Shown: positions 46,786-56,728 of the stretch, one piece after another | Layout: every line of letters starts with the position of its first letter | Position numbering within the stretch: position 1 is the stretch's first letter | Assembly (NCBI GenBank): GCA_028864975.1 | Contig: JAGWLG010000016.1 | Location: 1-64,000, forward strand | Origin: Thermoplasmata archaeon | GTDB lineage: Archaea > Thermoplasmatota > Thermoplasmata > Lutacidiplasmatales > UBA184 | Length of the DNA: 64,000 nucleotides | Reading direction: 5' to 3' | The notes under the pieces: model-generated | Seen by the model: only the letters and a program-made list of their open reading frames with translations | What the model was told of the DNA's origin: nothing | The model's database searches: none | Translations under genes and position numbers: made by a program

Positions 46786-46883
46786 CTTTTCCCGACAGGG
46801 TCACCGAAGCGGGCAGATTTAATCCTCCCTCTCGGGCCGCGGCGACCTTCACGCCTGCACACCCAGGAGCAGTGAGCTTGGCT

Positions 46884-47327
46884 CTATCCAGGCGGCGATT
46901 CGGAAGAAGCCCGCTCTCGTCGACTCCGCACCGGCACCAGGAGATGCCATTCCTTCTCGCTGCGGTAGTATTCCAGCTGAGGGCGCTCGGGGTCGGTGGC
47001 GTAGGCCTTGACCATCTGCGGGAAGTTCTTCGCGAAGGCCGCGACCTTCGCCTCTTCCCCGAGGAGCTTCCGTCGGACATACGTACCTCCCGGTAGAGTA
47101 CCGGTCTCGATCTGCATCGTCAGAGGTTCGTCGGTACTGACCTGCTCAACACAGGCATAGTACTCTTCTCCGCCCTCGACGGGCCGGAAGGCTCCGTAGA
47201 AATGTCGGCCCTTGAGCGTGGGAAGTTTCGATTCGAGCAGGTCAAAGGCGGCTGGGGGTCCCGCGCCCCGCATGTCGGCTCTCACGCGAAGCACGGGCAT
47301 GTCCTTGCGTTCGACGAAGGAGTCCAT
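46884..47327 (-). CDS. GyrI-like small-molecule-binding domain protein
   Basis: RHFYG, YYACV, TLPGGTY, RPQLEYYRSE; ATG 47327 avoids overlap with the thiolase. Confidence 0.75.
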   Translation of the reverse strand: MDSFVERKDMPVLRVRADMRGAGPPAAFDLLESKLPTLKGRHFYGAFRPVEGGEEYYACVEQVSTDEPLTMQIETGTLPGGTYVRRKLLGEEAKVAAFAKNFPQMVKAYATDPERPQLEYYRSEKEWHLLVPVRSRRERASSESPPG

Positions 47328-47427
47328 GGCTTCCTCGTTACGGAAGGATGGCGACACGAATGAGCCCTTCGGGACATGGGTCCGCCAAGAGCGGGCTTCA
47401 TAGTCCACGACCCGTTGGGTGCCCCCC

Positions 47428-48678
47428 ATGACCGACGTCTTCCTTGCCCCCGGAGTCCGCACACCCTTCGTCAAAGCGGGCGGGGTGTACGCTCAACGAT
47501 CGTCGCTGGACCTCTCCGTCCCTGTCGTGAAGGCGATGGTCGCGAAGGCTCGACCGGATCTCTTCTCCTGGGGTCAGGTGATCCCCGACGCCACCATCTC
47601 GAACATCGCGCGCGAGCTCATCTTCGAAGCCGGGCTCGATCCGACCATCCCGGCCTACGCGACAGTGATGGCATGTTCCTCGAGCTTCATCGGGTCCTTG
47701 CAGCTCGCGGGCATGATCGGGAAGGGCGGGGCCCACCTCGCTCTTGCGGGGGGGGTCGATAGCATGAGCCACTTCCCGATCGCGCTCAAGTACAAGATCG
47801 CGGAGAAGCTCGTGGGCCTCTTCGCGAAGGACCCCTCCGCCGCGATGGAGACCTTCGGGCAGCTCAGCCTGGACGACTTCTACCTGCCGGTCACCGGCTG
47901 GGCGAACCGCGTCAGTGGTCGCACCATGGGCGACCACATGGAGGAGACCGCGAAGGAGATGGGGCTCACCCGCGAGGAGCAGGACCACCGCGCCCTTCTG
48001 AGCCACCAGGGAGCCATCCGCGGGCAGGACACGGGTTTCTACACGGACCTCCTCGTCCCGTTCGGCGGGGTCGATCACGACACCTTCCCTCGACGGGACA
48101 CGTCCATGGAGAAGCTCGCAAAGCTCTCCCCGGTCTTCGACAAATCCGGCAAGGGCACGATCACCGCTGGGAACTCCTCTCCCCTGACGGACGGGGCGGC
48201 GGGGGTTTGGATCGGGGACGAGGAGGGTCTTGGCCGGCTCGGGGCCAAGCCCACGGTCCGACTTGTCGATTGGCAAGTGGGCGCCGTGGACTTCCGGGTC
48301 GATGGAATGCTCATGGCGCCGGCCCGGGCGATCCCTCGGCTCCTTGCGCGCCACCAACTGCGTGCCGATCAGATCGCCCTCTGGGAGATCCACGAGGCGT
48401 TCGCGGCGCAGGTAGTCGCCAACATCAAAGCGGTCATGGACCCGAAGTACCGCAAGGAGAAGGCTGGGGTCGATTTCGACCTCGGGACCTTCCCTTCCGA
48501 TCGTGTCAATCCCCACGGAGGGTCCGTGGCGCTCGGACACCCCTTCGCGGCCACGGGGGCACGGATCCTGAGCCAGGCGTCCAAGGAACTTGCCTCCTTG
48601 CCGGGGGGGTCGAAGGCCATCGTCTCGGTTTGCGCCGACGGGGGACAGGGCACCGTCGCCCTCTTGGAACGCGTGTAA
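47428..48678 (+). CDS. Acetyl-CoA C-acyltransferase (thiolase), FadI/TFE-beta type
   Basis: MACSSS (nucleophile Cys), AGNSSPLTDGA, HEAF, GHPFAATG, CADGGQG. Confidence 0.93.
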   Translation: MTDVFLAPGVRTPFVKAGGVYAQRSSLDLSVPVVKAMVAKARPDLFSWGQVIPDATISNIARELIFEAGLDPTIPAYATVMACSSSFIGSLQLAGMIGKGGAHLALAGGVDSMSHFPIALKYKIAEKLVGLFAKDPSAAMETFGQLSLDDFYLPVTGWANRVSGRTMGDHMEETAKEMGLTREEQDHRALLSHQGAIRGQDTGFYTDLLVPFGGVDHDTFPRRDTSMEKLAKLSPVFDKSGKGTITAGNSSPLTDGAAGVWIGDEEGLGRLGAKPTVRLVDWQVGAVDFRVDGMLMAPARAIPRLLARHQLRADQIALWEIHEAFAAQVVANIKAVMDPKYRKEKAGVDFDLGTFPSDRVNPHGGSVALGHPFAATGARILSQASKELASLPGGSKAIVSVCADGGQGTVALLERV

Positions 48679-48754
48679 CGGGCTCCGAGCGGGAGTCTCG
48701 CGGTCCCGGCAGTGCGGCCGGGTCTACCGAGCGCCTCGAGCGGACCCTCGACAA

Positions 48755-48779
48755 GGGGTTTCCGTGGTCCGGAAACCCC
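48755..48779. terminator. Perfect 10-bp inverted repeat after thiolase (terminator or operator)
   Basis: GGGGTTTCCG-TGGTC-CGGAAACCCC, between the thiolase stop and the promoter of the next gene. Confidence 0.4.
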
Positions 48780-48878
48780 CAGGGTTTGTTGGACTTTCTC
48801 CGCGCTGGCCAGCTACGCATCGGGCGTGCGCGCGTCTAAGTACGAGGGGCCGGTCAAATCCGACGAGGTGTGCTCAGC

Positions 48879-49322
48879 ATGAAACCCGCACCAGTCCTCT
48901 ACGGCCTCGTCTGGACGACCTTCCTGCAGATCCTGATCATCCTCCTCCCCCTCCCTTCCTCGAACATCATCTTGGGGGTCCACATCGCCCTAGGCCTCGC
49001 GGTCGCTGCCCTTGCGGGCACGGCCTACCGCCTCGTTCGGTCGACGGGGTGTCCGAAGCGCATCCGTCGTATCGCGAAGTCCACGTCGATCCTGGCCTCG
49101 ATCCAGGTCCTCCTCGGTATCGGGGAAGGCTCTACGATCGCGTTCAAGTCGAGCCCCGCACTTCAGAACGCGGTCCTCGCCATCCACTTGGTCTTCGCGC
49201 TCGCCATCCTGGCCCACACCGCATCGCAGGCGACTTCGTTCGACATGTGGGAAGAGCGGGAGATCGGTGCTCCCGCGGTAAGCTCTTCACCCGTCAAGGT
49301 CGGCACCGCGACCCCGAGCTGA
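48879..49322 (+). CDS. Small 4-TM membrane protein with His in TM segments
   Basis: Four hydrophobic segments with HIALG and HLVFALAILAH; SD-like GAGGTG at 48865-48870. Confidence 0.7.
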   Translation: MKPAPVLYGLVWTTFLQILIILLPLPSSNIILGVHIALGLAVAALAGTAYRLVRSTGCPKRIRRIAKSTSILASIQVLLGIGEGSTIAFKSSPALQNAVLAIHLVFALAILAHTASQATSFDMWEEREIGAPAVSSSPVKVGTATPS

Positions 49323-49389
49323 GGCCAGGGACGCGGAGGGGCGACCTCCCCCCGCCGAGCGCCCGCGGGACGCGTCGACGTAGACACGC

Positions 49390-52300
49390 CTACGCGTCGG
49401 GCTGCGAGGGGCCGTCCCCCGCACCGTCGGGGGAAGGTCCCTCCCCGAACGAGGGTTCCTCGGCGTCGGGCTTGGGGGTCTCGCTCTCTTCCGACCAGGG
49501 CTGCTCCCCTGAGGGCTCGGGCGGAGCCGCGGTCCCGGCCCCCGCGTCCGCCGACGCGGCCGACGCGCCGCCCGACTCGGAGGAACTGTCCTGAGCGGCG
49601 CTCGGTTCCGAGGCGGGAGCGGCCTCGTCGGAGGCCTTGGCCGACCCCACGTCGCTCGCGGGGGCGGGGCGCTTCTTTCTCTGTCGGAGGTAGAGGAGGG
49701 CAAGAAGGGCTGCGAGCACTGCCAAGAGCGCGATGGCCCCGAGGAGACCGTAGCCCACGTTCGACGGCGCACCGAGCACGGTGGGAGCGGGGGCCTTGAC
49801 CACGACCTGGACCGAGGCCGCCGAGGACGCCCCGAGCGAGTCGTTCGCCCAGACCCACGCGGTGAAGGTCCCCGCCTTCCCGTAGACATGGGAGGGCGAA
49901 GCACCCGTCGCGTGCGTCCCGTCGCCGAAGTTCCAGGCGTACCGCACCGTCCCACTGCCACCTTGGTAGGAGGCGACCAGCGAGACCGCCGAACCGGAGA
50001 TCGGAGCGGAGGTGGCGAGGTCGACGCTCGCCGTGAGCGCGGGGACGACGACCAACGTCGTGACCGCCGACCGGGCGCTCCCTCCGAGGGCGTCCGAAAC
50101 GGTCACGTAGACCGGGAACGACCCTGAAGCGGTGGGGGCTCCCGCGACCGACCCCGCGGTCGCGACGACCCCGCTCGGCAGCCCGTGCCACGAGTAGGTG
50201 TAGGGCCCACGACCTCCGGTGGCCGTGGCGCTCGCCTGGAGCGCGATCCCCACTTCGCTCGCCGCGGGCCACGAGGGGGCCGAGACGGAAGGGGCCAAGA
50301 GAATCGAGACCACGATCGAGGCGACGTCGCTGCGCCCCGAAGCATCCCGCAGGGTCGCGGTCACCGTGTAGTTCCCCGAAGTCGAAGGCGCACAGGCGAG
50401 GACCGTGGAAGCGCTCTCCGCGCATCCCAGTCCGAGGGCGGAGACGCTCCAGGAGACCACGTCGGATCCCGTCCCGACCGCGACCACGCTCGTGGTGATG
50501 TTGAGGCGCTGACCCGCCTCGACCGAAGAGGGGCTCGCTGCGAGCGGAGCCAGAGCGGGGTCGGCGACCACGCTGACGCTCACGGCCGCCGAAGTGCCCG
50601 AGGTCCAGCCGTTCGCGTCCACGACGCTCGCCGAGACCGAGAGGGTCCCGACCGTCGCGAGGACGCAGGTGGCCACGGGGCCGCTGGTCCCGGTGCACCC
50701 GGAGGAGGGGAGCCCGCTCCACACGAAGCTGGCGTACGCGGGCACGCCCCCGGCCGCCGCGGCCTGGAACATGACGGACGCTCCCGCGTCGACCACGCTG
50801 GCGTTGGCCGCGACCGAGCTCACCACCGGGTCCTCGAGGATGGCGAAAGTGAAGGCGGCGCTCACGGCGCTCACGCCGTTCGAGTCGGTCGCGCGCACGG
50901 ACACCGAGTGGAGTCCGCTCGCGGGCGCCACGCACGAGATGGTGGCCGTCGTGCCCGTGCATCCCGCCGGGAGCCCGGTCCAGGCGTAGGTGGTGATCCC
51001 GCCGCTCCCGGGAGCCGACACGGAGGTCGCGAAGGCCAGGGATTGACCCACGTCGGCAGCGCTGTTCGCCGTGCCGTTGACCTGAAGCGTGGGGGTCGCG
51101 AGCACGGGGTCAGCGTAGACGGTGAACGCGCTCGGCGCGACCGACCCGGCGGTCCACCCTTGGGCGTCAGTGACCTGGACTGAGAGCGTGAGGGTCCCGA
51201 CGTCCGCGGTCGCCAGGGTGCAATGCGGGGTCGCCGTCGCGACGCCACTGCAGACGGAGGGGAGCCCGCTCCAGACGTAGCTCGCATAGGGCCCGGTCCC
51301 TCCGGACGCGACCGCGGAGAAGACGACGAACTGCCCCACGTCCCCCGATGTCGGGGCCGCCCCCGGCATCGCGACCGAAACGTCGGGGTCGAGCGTGAGC
51401 ACGAACGGTGCGCTCGTGGCCATCTCGCCGTTGGAATCGGTCCCGCTCACGACAAGGCTGTACACCCCCACCGCGGTGGGAGCGCAGGAGATGGAAGCGC
51501 CAGCCCCGCTGCACGTCGCGGGAAGGCCGCTCCAAGCGAACGCGATGATCCCGCCGCTCCCAGGCGCCGAGACCGACGTCGCGACCACGAGGGCCTGTCC
51601 GGCGTCGAGGACCGCGGAAGCCGTTCCGTTGACCGTCGAAGACGGGGTCGCGAGCGCCGGGTCCGCATAGACCGTGAACGAGAGCGCGGAGGTCGATCCC
51701 GTCGTCCAGCCTTGGGAGTCCGTGACGGCGACCGAGATCGTCAAGGTCCCGACATCGGCCGCCACGAACGTGCAGCTGGGGCTGGCCGTTGCGGTCGCCG
51801 TGCAGGAGGTGGGAAGCCCCGTCCACAGGAACGTGGCGTACGGGCTGGTGCCACCGGAGGGGGCGGCGGTGAAGGAGACGGTCTGCCCCACATCGCCCGA
51901 CCCTGTGATGGCGGAGGTCGTCGCCGCGGGGACCGAGGGGTCCGAGTTGATGGTGAGGGAGAAAGCGGGACTGACCGCGGTGACCCCGTTCGTGTCCGTC
52001 ACGCTGACGGAAACGGTGTAGGTCCCCGCTACGGAGGCGGTGCACGCGACGGCCGCTCCGGTCCCGGTGCACCCTGAGGGTAGTCCGCTCCAGGCGTAGC
52101 TCGAGATCCCTCCGCTCCCGGAAGAGGAGAGCGTGGTGGCGAACGACAGGGCCTGTCCCAGGTCGGCCACACCCGAAGCGGTGCCGTTCACGGTCAGCGT
52201 GGGCGTGGTCAAAGCAGGGTCGGCGTAAGCCGTGAAAGCGAGGGCGGCGAGGGTGTGGACCGTCCAACCTGTCGCGTCGGTCGCACTTCCGCTCACGGAG

Positions 52301-55300
52301 AGCGTCCCTGAGGCCGCGAACGTGCAGGTCGCGGCCGCCGTCGTCGTGCCGGCGCAACCAGTGGCGGGCAACCCCGTCCAGGTGAAGGACGAGTACGGCG
52401 CTGCGCCTCCGACGGGCACGAGCTGGAAGGTCGAGGTCTGTCCCACATCGGCGGAGCTCGTGGACGCGGCCGGAGCCGCCATCGAGGGGTCCGCGCCGAC
52501 GACGAACGTGAGAGGCGCGCTCGTAGCCCGCACGCCGTTCGTGTCCGTGGTGCTGGCGGACACCGTGAAGGTCCCTGCCGCGGTGAGAGCGCTGCAGGAG
52601 ATCGAGAGCCCTGTGCCCGAGCACCCACCGGGCAGCCCGGACCATGCCTCGGCGCTCAATCCCCCGCTTCCCGAGGAAGCGACCGTCGTCGCGAAGGTGG
52701 CGGCCTCTCCCACATCGGCCAGGGTCGCCGAGGTGGTGTTCACGGTCGAGGTCGGCGTCGTGAGCGCGGGGTCGGCATAGACAGTGAACGACAGGGCCGC
52801 GCTCGAGACCGAGGTGACCCCGTTCGAGTCGGTGACCCGGGCGGTCAGGGAGAGCGCGCCCGCCGAGGACAGGGTGCAGGTGACCGTGGAGAGCGAGGCG
52901 GAGGAGCATCCCCCGGGCAGCCCTCCCCAGCTGTAGGAGACGTAGGTGCCGGTCCCGAACGATCCGCCCGTGGAGAACTGGACGGTCTGTCCCACGTCAG
53001 CCGAGTTCGTGGGAGATCCGGCCGGGCTAGCGACCGGGGTGCTGGCGATCGGGGGCTGATTCACGGTGAGCGCGGCCTGAGACCAGACCTGAGAAGAGGA
53101 CGAGTCCGTGTCATTGATCCAGACACTGACGGAGCCCGAATTCCCGGGGCGGCAGATGAGCTCCAGCGGTCCGGGGACCGTCGGGCCGAACGGGTGGGTG
53201 CCGCATGCGAACCCTCCGGAGGGGGATGCGCCCGAGCTGGGGGAGTCCCCGCCAGAGCCCGCCGCGACGACCGAGCCTGTGAGCGCGAAGGTCTGTCCGA
53301 CGTCGACCGAGGTCAGAGGTCCGCCCACCCCGAAGGTCAGCGTCCTGACCTGGTTGTTGATCGGGCTCGTGATGTAGAGCTCGTGGTTGCTGGGAACATA
53401 GGTGGCACCCAGGGCAAGGCCGCCCCCCGAACCCCCGCCGACCGCGACGTTGAGGTAGAGGCGGTGCGTGGACGAAGTGATGAACGCCACGGTGGTCGTG
53501 TCGTAGGAGACGCACGCCACGTCCCCGGTGTATCCGTCGAAGGCACAGGAGGTGGGTTCGTTTCCGACACCACCGACGGTCCCGACGTTCGAGCTTCCGC
53601 TGTAGATGGAGACGGAGTTGCCGAGCGTGTTGGGGACGTAGACCTCGTGGTCGATGGGGTCGTAGTCCGGGTACCCCGGGTCGTTCCCCGTGCTGGCGTA
53701 ACCCGTGTAAGCACCGGACGAATCGGCGAGCCAGAGCATGTTGTACCCGGGGTCCGTGTAGTACATGTCGCGGTTCGAGGGATTGTACACGACCCCGGCG
53801 ATCGACGCACTTCCCTGCTGGAACCCCGCCTGGACGACGAGGGAGTTCGGGTCGATCCACTGGAAGTTGCCGTAGGGTCCCGCCTGGCCCACCAGGTTGA
53901 GCCACCCGTTCGCCGGGTCGTAGTCGATGTAGTAGTAGCAGTTCCATCCGGAGTTGATGGAGGAGAGCGTGGTCCCGGAGATGATCACGAGGGCCCCGCT
54001 GGTGGCCCCGACGCATGGGTCGATCGCGTAGATCTTGCCGTTCGCCGGGTCGTAGGTGATCCCGATGGGTTGGTTGAGCCCCCCGATCGTCGTGACGACC
54101 GAGTTGGTCGAAGTATCGATGATGGTGATCGAGTTCCCCTGGTTGTTGGTCACATACAGGTAGCCGTTCTGGGAGTCGTAGGCCGAGTAATCGGGGTAGC
54201 TCCCCACGCCGACCGAGCTCTGGGGGAAGGTCGGCTGCGCGAGCCCGATCCCACCCACGGCGAGCTCGGTGGAGATGATCGTCACCACGTTCGAGGAGGA
54301 GACGATGTCGAACACGTCCCCGTTGGCGCTGTTGTAGACCATGGACGAGCAGTCCCCCGCGGCGGTAAGGTTGACCGCGGCGATCGCGTCCGAGCTTGCG
54401 GACACCGCGTTCACCCAGGGGTCCGAAGCGAAGCCACCGGCTTGGCAGACGAACCACTGTTGGTCCGCGGGGTCGTAGACAGGCGCCCCGGGGTCGTGGA
54501 ACCCGGCCCAGGTCGCGGCGATCGAGGTCCCCGAGATGATCGAGACGTTGCTGGAGTAGTAGTTTGGTACCAGGACCTGACCGTTCGTGGGGTCCACCGC
54601 GAGACCGTCGGGGGTGTTGCCGACGTTGATGTAGGAGACCGCGGAGGTGGACGGGTTGATCTCTGCCACACGGGTCCCGATGAGGGCCACGTAGAGCATC
54701 CCGTTGTGGGAATCGTAAGCGGCCCTGTACGTGAGGGCCGAAACGGAGATGGAGGTTCCCACGGCGAGCGTCGCCGCATTGACCACGCCCACGGAAGCTG
54801 CGCCCGTGTCTGTCAAGTAGACCATTCCGTTCGCCGGGTCGTAGGCCGCGCCGTGGCCACTGGCGGAGACCGAGCCGGCGATGGTGTTGGTGACCGGGTT
54901 CACGGTGTCCAGCGTCGACCCGAGCGGAGCGAAGATCAGGTCCTGCGCGGGGTCCCACGCCGGGGCCGAGCACCCGGAGGGGAGGGTGGTGGAGCCCACC
55001 ATCGCACCGGTCGTACCGTTGTAGGCGTAGAGCCCGGTTCCTTCGCAGTCGTAAAAGTTCCCCGTGATGGGGTCGAAGACCGCCCCCGCTGAGTACCCGT
55101 TCAGTCCGAAGGAGCCGAGCACGGCACCCGGTTCCGCGACGGGGCCTGAGGTCGAGCTGGCAGCGGGCAGCCCGGGAACTTGGAGGGAACCCCGCGCGGT
55201 CGAGGCCCCGGAGCGTGCGTCACCCGAGGGAGCATAGGAGCTGGTCGAAGGACCGTAGGTGAGCGACCCCCCCTGCGTCGCGGAGGCCGTGGCGGCGACC

Positions 55301-55617
55301 GCGGGAGAGGGCCGAGCGGAGGGTGGGAGAGCCTCAGGATGGTAGAGAGGAGTCGAGGGAGAGAACGTGGGCGAAGCAGGAGTCGGGCCTGAAGAGAAAG
55401 TGGGAGCCCGGCCCGGCATGGGAGCCGTCAAGGCACTCGAGAGGACAGAGGAAGACCCTGAGGGCAGCCCCGCGCGATGCGAGGGGAGGCTTGACGAGGC
55501 CGAAGCGGCTGCTCCAAGGAGCGGGAGCCCTCCGACCACGAGAACGAAAAGGAGGAGGCCGAGAAGGATTGGCGACAGGGTTTTCGCGGAGAGGGGCCAG
55601 GCCAGGCGGGTGTTCAT
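49390..55617 (-). CDS. Giant surface protein (2075 aa): two YVTN/YncE propellers + ~11 GLPxGC-type domains + PKD + TM + acidic tail
   Basis: AYDPANGMVY/IY repeats; W.GLP..C...C units; WNFGDG PKD; TM then RQRKKR. Confidence 0.9.
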   Translation of the reverse strand: MNTRLAWPLSAKTLSPILLGLLLFVLVVGGLPLLGAAASASSSLPSHRAGLPSGSSSVLSSALTAPMPGRAPTFSSGPTPASPTFSPSTPLYHPEALPPSARPSPAVAATASATQGGSLTYGPSTSSYAPSGDARSGASTARGSLQVPGLPAASSTSGPVAEPGAVLGSFGLNGYSAGAVFDPITGNFYDCEGTGLYAYNGTTGAMVGSTTLPSGCSAPAWDPAQDLIFAPLGSTLDTVNPVTNTIAGSVSASGHGAAYDPANGMVYLTDTGAASVGVVNAATLAVGTSISVSALTYRAAYDSHNGMLYVALIGTRVAEINPSTSAVSYINVGNTPDGLAVDPTNGQVLVPNYYSSNVSIISGTSIAATWAGFHDPGAPVYDPADQQWFVCQAGGFASDPWVNAVSASSDAIAAVNLTAAGDCSSMVYNSANGDVFDIVSSSNVVTIISTELAVGGIGLAQPTFPQSSVGVGSYPDYSAYDSQNGYLYVTNNQGNSITIIDTSTNSVVTTIGGLNQPIGITYDPANGKIYAIDPCVGATSGALVIISGTTLSSINSGWNCYYYIDYDPANGWLNLVGQAGPYGNFQWIDPNSLVVQAGFQQGSASIAGVVYNPSNRDMYYTDPGYNMLWLADSSGAYTGYASTGNDPGYPDYDPIDHEVYVPNTLGNSVSIYSGSSNVGTVGGVGNEPTSCAFDGYTGDVACVSYDTTTVAFITSSTHRLYLNVAVGGGSGGGLALGATYVPSNHELYITSPINNQVRTLTFGVGGPLTSVDVGQTFALTGSVVAAGSGGDSPSSGASPSGGFACGTHPFGPTVPGPLELICRPGNSGSVSVWINDTDSSSSQVWSQAALTVNQPPIASTPVASPAGSPTNSADVGQTVQFSTGGSFGTGTYVSYSWGGLPGGCSSASLSTVTCTLSSAGALSLTARVTDSNGVTSVSSAALSFTVYADPALTTPTSTVNTTSATLADVGEAATFATTVASSGSGGLSAEAWSGLPGGCSGTGLSISCSALTAAGTFTVSASTTDTNGVRATSAPLTFVVGADPSMAAPAASTSSADVGQTSTFQLVPVGGAAPYSSFTWTGLPATGCAGTTTAAATCTFAASGTLSVSGSATDATGWTVHTLAALAFTAYADPALTTPTLTVNGTASGVADLGQALSFATTLSSSGSGGISSYAWSGLPSGCTGTGAAVACTASVAGTYTVSVSVTDTNGVTAVSPAFSLTINSDPSVPAATTSAITGSGDVGQTVSFTAAPSGGTSPYATFLWTGLPTSCTATATASPSCTFVAADVGTLTISVAVTDSQGWTTGSTSALSFTVYADPALATPSSTVNGTASAVLDAGQALVVATSVSAPGSGGIIAFAWSGLPATCSGAGASISCAPTAVGVYSLVVSGTDSNGEMATSAPFVLTLDPDVSVAMPGAAPTSGDVGQFVVFSAVASGGTGPYASYVWSGLPSVCSGVATATPHCTLATADVGTLTLSVQVTDAQGWTAGSVAPSAFTVYADPVLATPTLQVNGTANSAADVGQSLAFATSVSAPGSGGITTYAWTGLPAGCTGTTATISCVAPASGLHSVSVRATDSNGVSAVSAAFTFAILEDPVVSSVAANASVVDAGASVMFQAAAAGGVPAYASFVWSGLPSSGCTGTSGPVATCVLATVGTLSVSASVVDANGWTSGTSAAVSVSVVADPALAPLAASPSSVEAGQRLNITTSVVAVGTGSDVVSWSVSALGLGCAESASTVLACAPSTSGNYTVTATLRDASGRSDVASIVVSILLAPSVSAPSWPAASEVGIALQASATATGGRGPYTYSWHGLPSGVVATAGSVAGAPTASGSFPVYVTVSDALGGSARSAVTTLVVVPALTASVDLATSAPISGSAVSLVASYQGGSGTVRYAWNFGDGTHATGASPSHVYGKAGTFTAWVWANDSLGASSAASVQVVVKAPAPTVLGAPSNVGYGLLGAIALLAVLAALLALLYLRQRKKRPAPASDVGSAKASDEAAPASEPSAAQDSSSESGGASAASADAGAGTAAPPEPSGEQPWSEESETPKPDAEEPSFGEGPSPDGAGDGPSQPDA
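50610..53050 (-). repeat. Two-domain (A-B) super-repeat in Ig-like stalk
   Basis: Four copies of DP.L.TP...VN.T....D.G....FAT..S..GSGG alternate with S.DVGQ...F...GG..PY.S/TF.W.GLP units. Confidence 0.75.
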
Positions 55618-55639
55618 GCGCGCCGCACCGGTAAGGGGT

Positions 55640-55645
55640 CTTATG
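55640..55645 (-). promoter_or_regulatory. Putative TATA box
   Basis: CATAAG on minus strand 23-28 nt before ATG 55617. Confidence 0.4.
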
Positions 55646-55770
55646 GGTTGCCCCTCGGCACGAGGCCCCTTCGACGGTCTCCGTGGTTCTCGTGAGCCTT
55701 CCAGCGGGCGACCGTCCCCCGTGCCTCTTCGCGCTGGTCAGCGTGATGTGGTGAGGGCGCGGAGGGAGAG

Positions 55771-56079
55771 GTGATGGGACGGGTCCGGGCCGAGTCTCAC
55801 GTCGACTTCGAGGCGCGCGTCGTCGAGGCGGTCCGGGAGATCCCCTTCGGACGGGTGTGCACCTACGGGGACATCGACCGGAGGGCGCCGCGGCGTGTGG
55901 GCGCCATCCTGGCGACGACTTTGGAGGACATTCCCTGGCATCGGGTTGTCCGCGCGGACGGCACCCTGGCCATGGGAAGGAGGCAAGAAGAGCTCCTCCT
56001 CCAAGAGGGCGTACCGATAAGCCACGGCCGCGTGGACCTGGCGCGCGCGAGATACTCGGCCGGTAGACTCGATAGATAG
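55771..56079 (+). CDS. Alkyltransferase-like protein (MGMT DNA-binding family, Atl1/YbaZ type)
   Basis: IPFGRVCTYGDI, PRRVG, IPWHRVV (Trp replaces catalytic Cys), LLLQEG. Confidence 0.85.
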   Translation: MMGRVRAESHVDFEARVVEAVREIPFGRVCTYGDIDRRAPRRVGAILATTLEDIPWHRVVRADGTLAMGRRQEELLLQEGVPISHGRVDLARARYSAGRLDR

Positions 56080-56101
56080 GAACCGTTGCGCGCTAGGGTT
56101 C

Positions 56102-56728
56102 TCAAGCCCGCTCAGCCATGTCCTTCTTGGCCCGCCCGGCGGGACAGAACGGCGTGAGGGTGGGGTTCGAGGGGCTCTTGGGTTTCTCTACGATGCGTTG
56201 GACGGGCCCGAGCTCCTTCTCGAGCCGCTGGAAGATCTCGCTCACCTCCGCGATGTCCTCCACCGTCAGGACCTCTCGCGCCATGGGGAAGAGCATCGTG
56301 TCCTCCCGCTCCATGTGGTCGTCCAAGAGCTGGTGCACCCCCTGGGTCTCACGCAGCAAGGCCGGATGGGCGGACGGATCCTCCGGATCGCTGCCCAACC
56401 GCTCTCCCACCCTGTGCAGGGTGGTGCGGTGGGCGCGCAGCGCTTGATGCTCGGACAGGAAGACCGAGAGCGGTCCGCCGTCCGACCCGATATGCCGGGC
56501 GAGGACCGGGAAGAGCCCTTGCTCCTCCCTTCCTCCATGCTTCTCCTCGACGTCGTCCGCAAGAAAGTTCACGAAAGAGGACACGCGCTGAGGGTCGAGA
56601 GTGGGCGAGCCCTGCGAGCGCGGTGCCGGCTGGAGCTCCTCGAGGAAGGCCCGGATCCGGTCCCGGAAGATCCAGTGCTCCTCGATGAGCACCCCCAAGG
56701 GGTCGTAGTCCTTCGACGCACGGAACAC
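56102..56728 (-). CDS. Hemerythrin (HHE cation-binding) domain protein
   Basis: EEH, HGGREEQGLFP, SEH, HMEREDTMLFP. Confidence 0.85.
   Translation of the reverse strand: MFRASKDYDPLGVLIEEHWIFRDRIRAFLEELQPAPRSQGSPTLDPQRVSSFVNFLADDVEEKHGGREEQGLFPVLARHIGSDGGPLSVFLSEHQALRAHRTTLHRVGERLGSDPEDPSAHPALLRETQGVHQLLDDHMEREDTMLFPMAREVLTVEDIAEVSEIFQRLEKELGPVQRIVEKPKSPSNPTLTPFCPAGRAKKDMAERA

Noticed and set aside
55771-56079. Active methylated-DNA-protein-cysteine methyltransferase (ogt/ada)
   Set aside because: The catalytic Cys is replaced by Trp (PWHRV).
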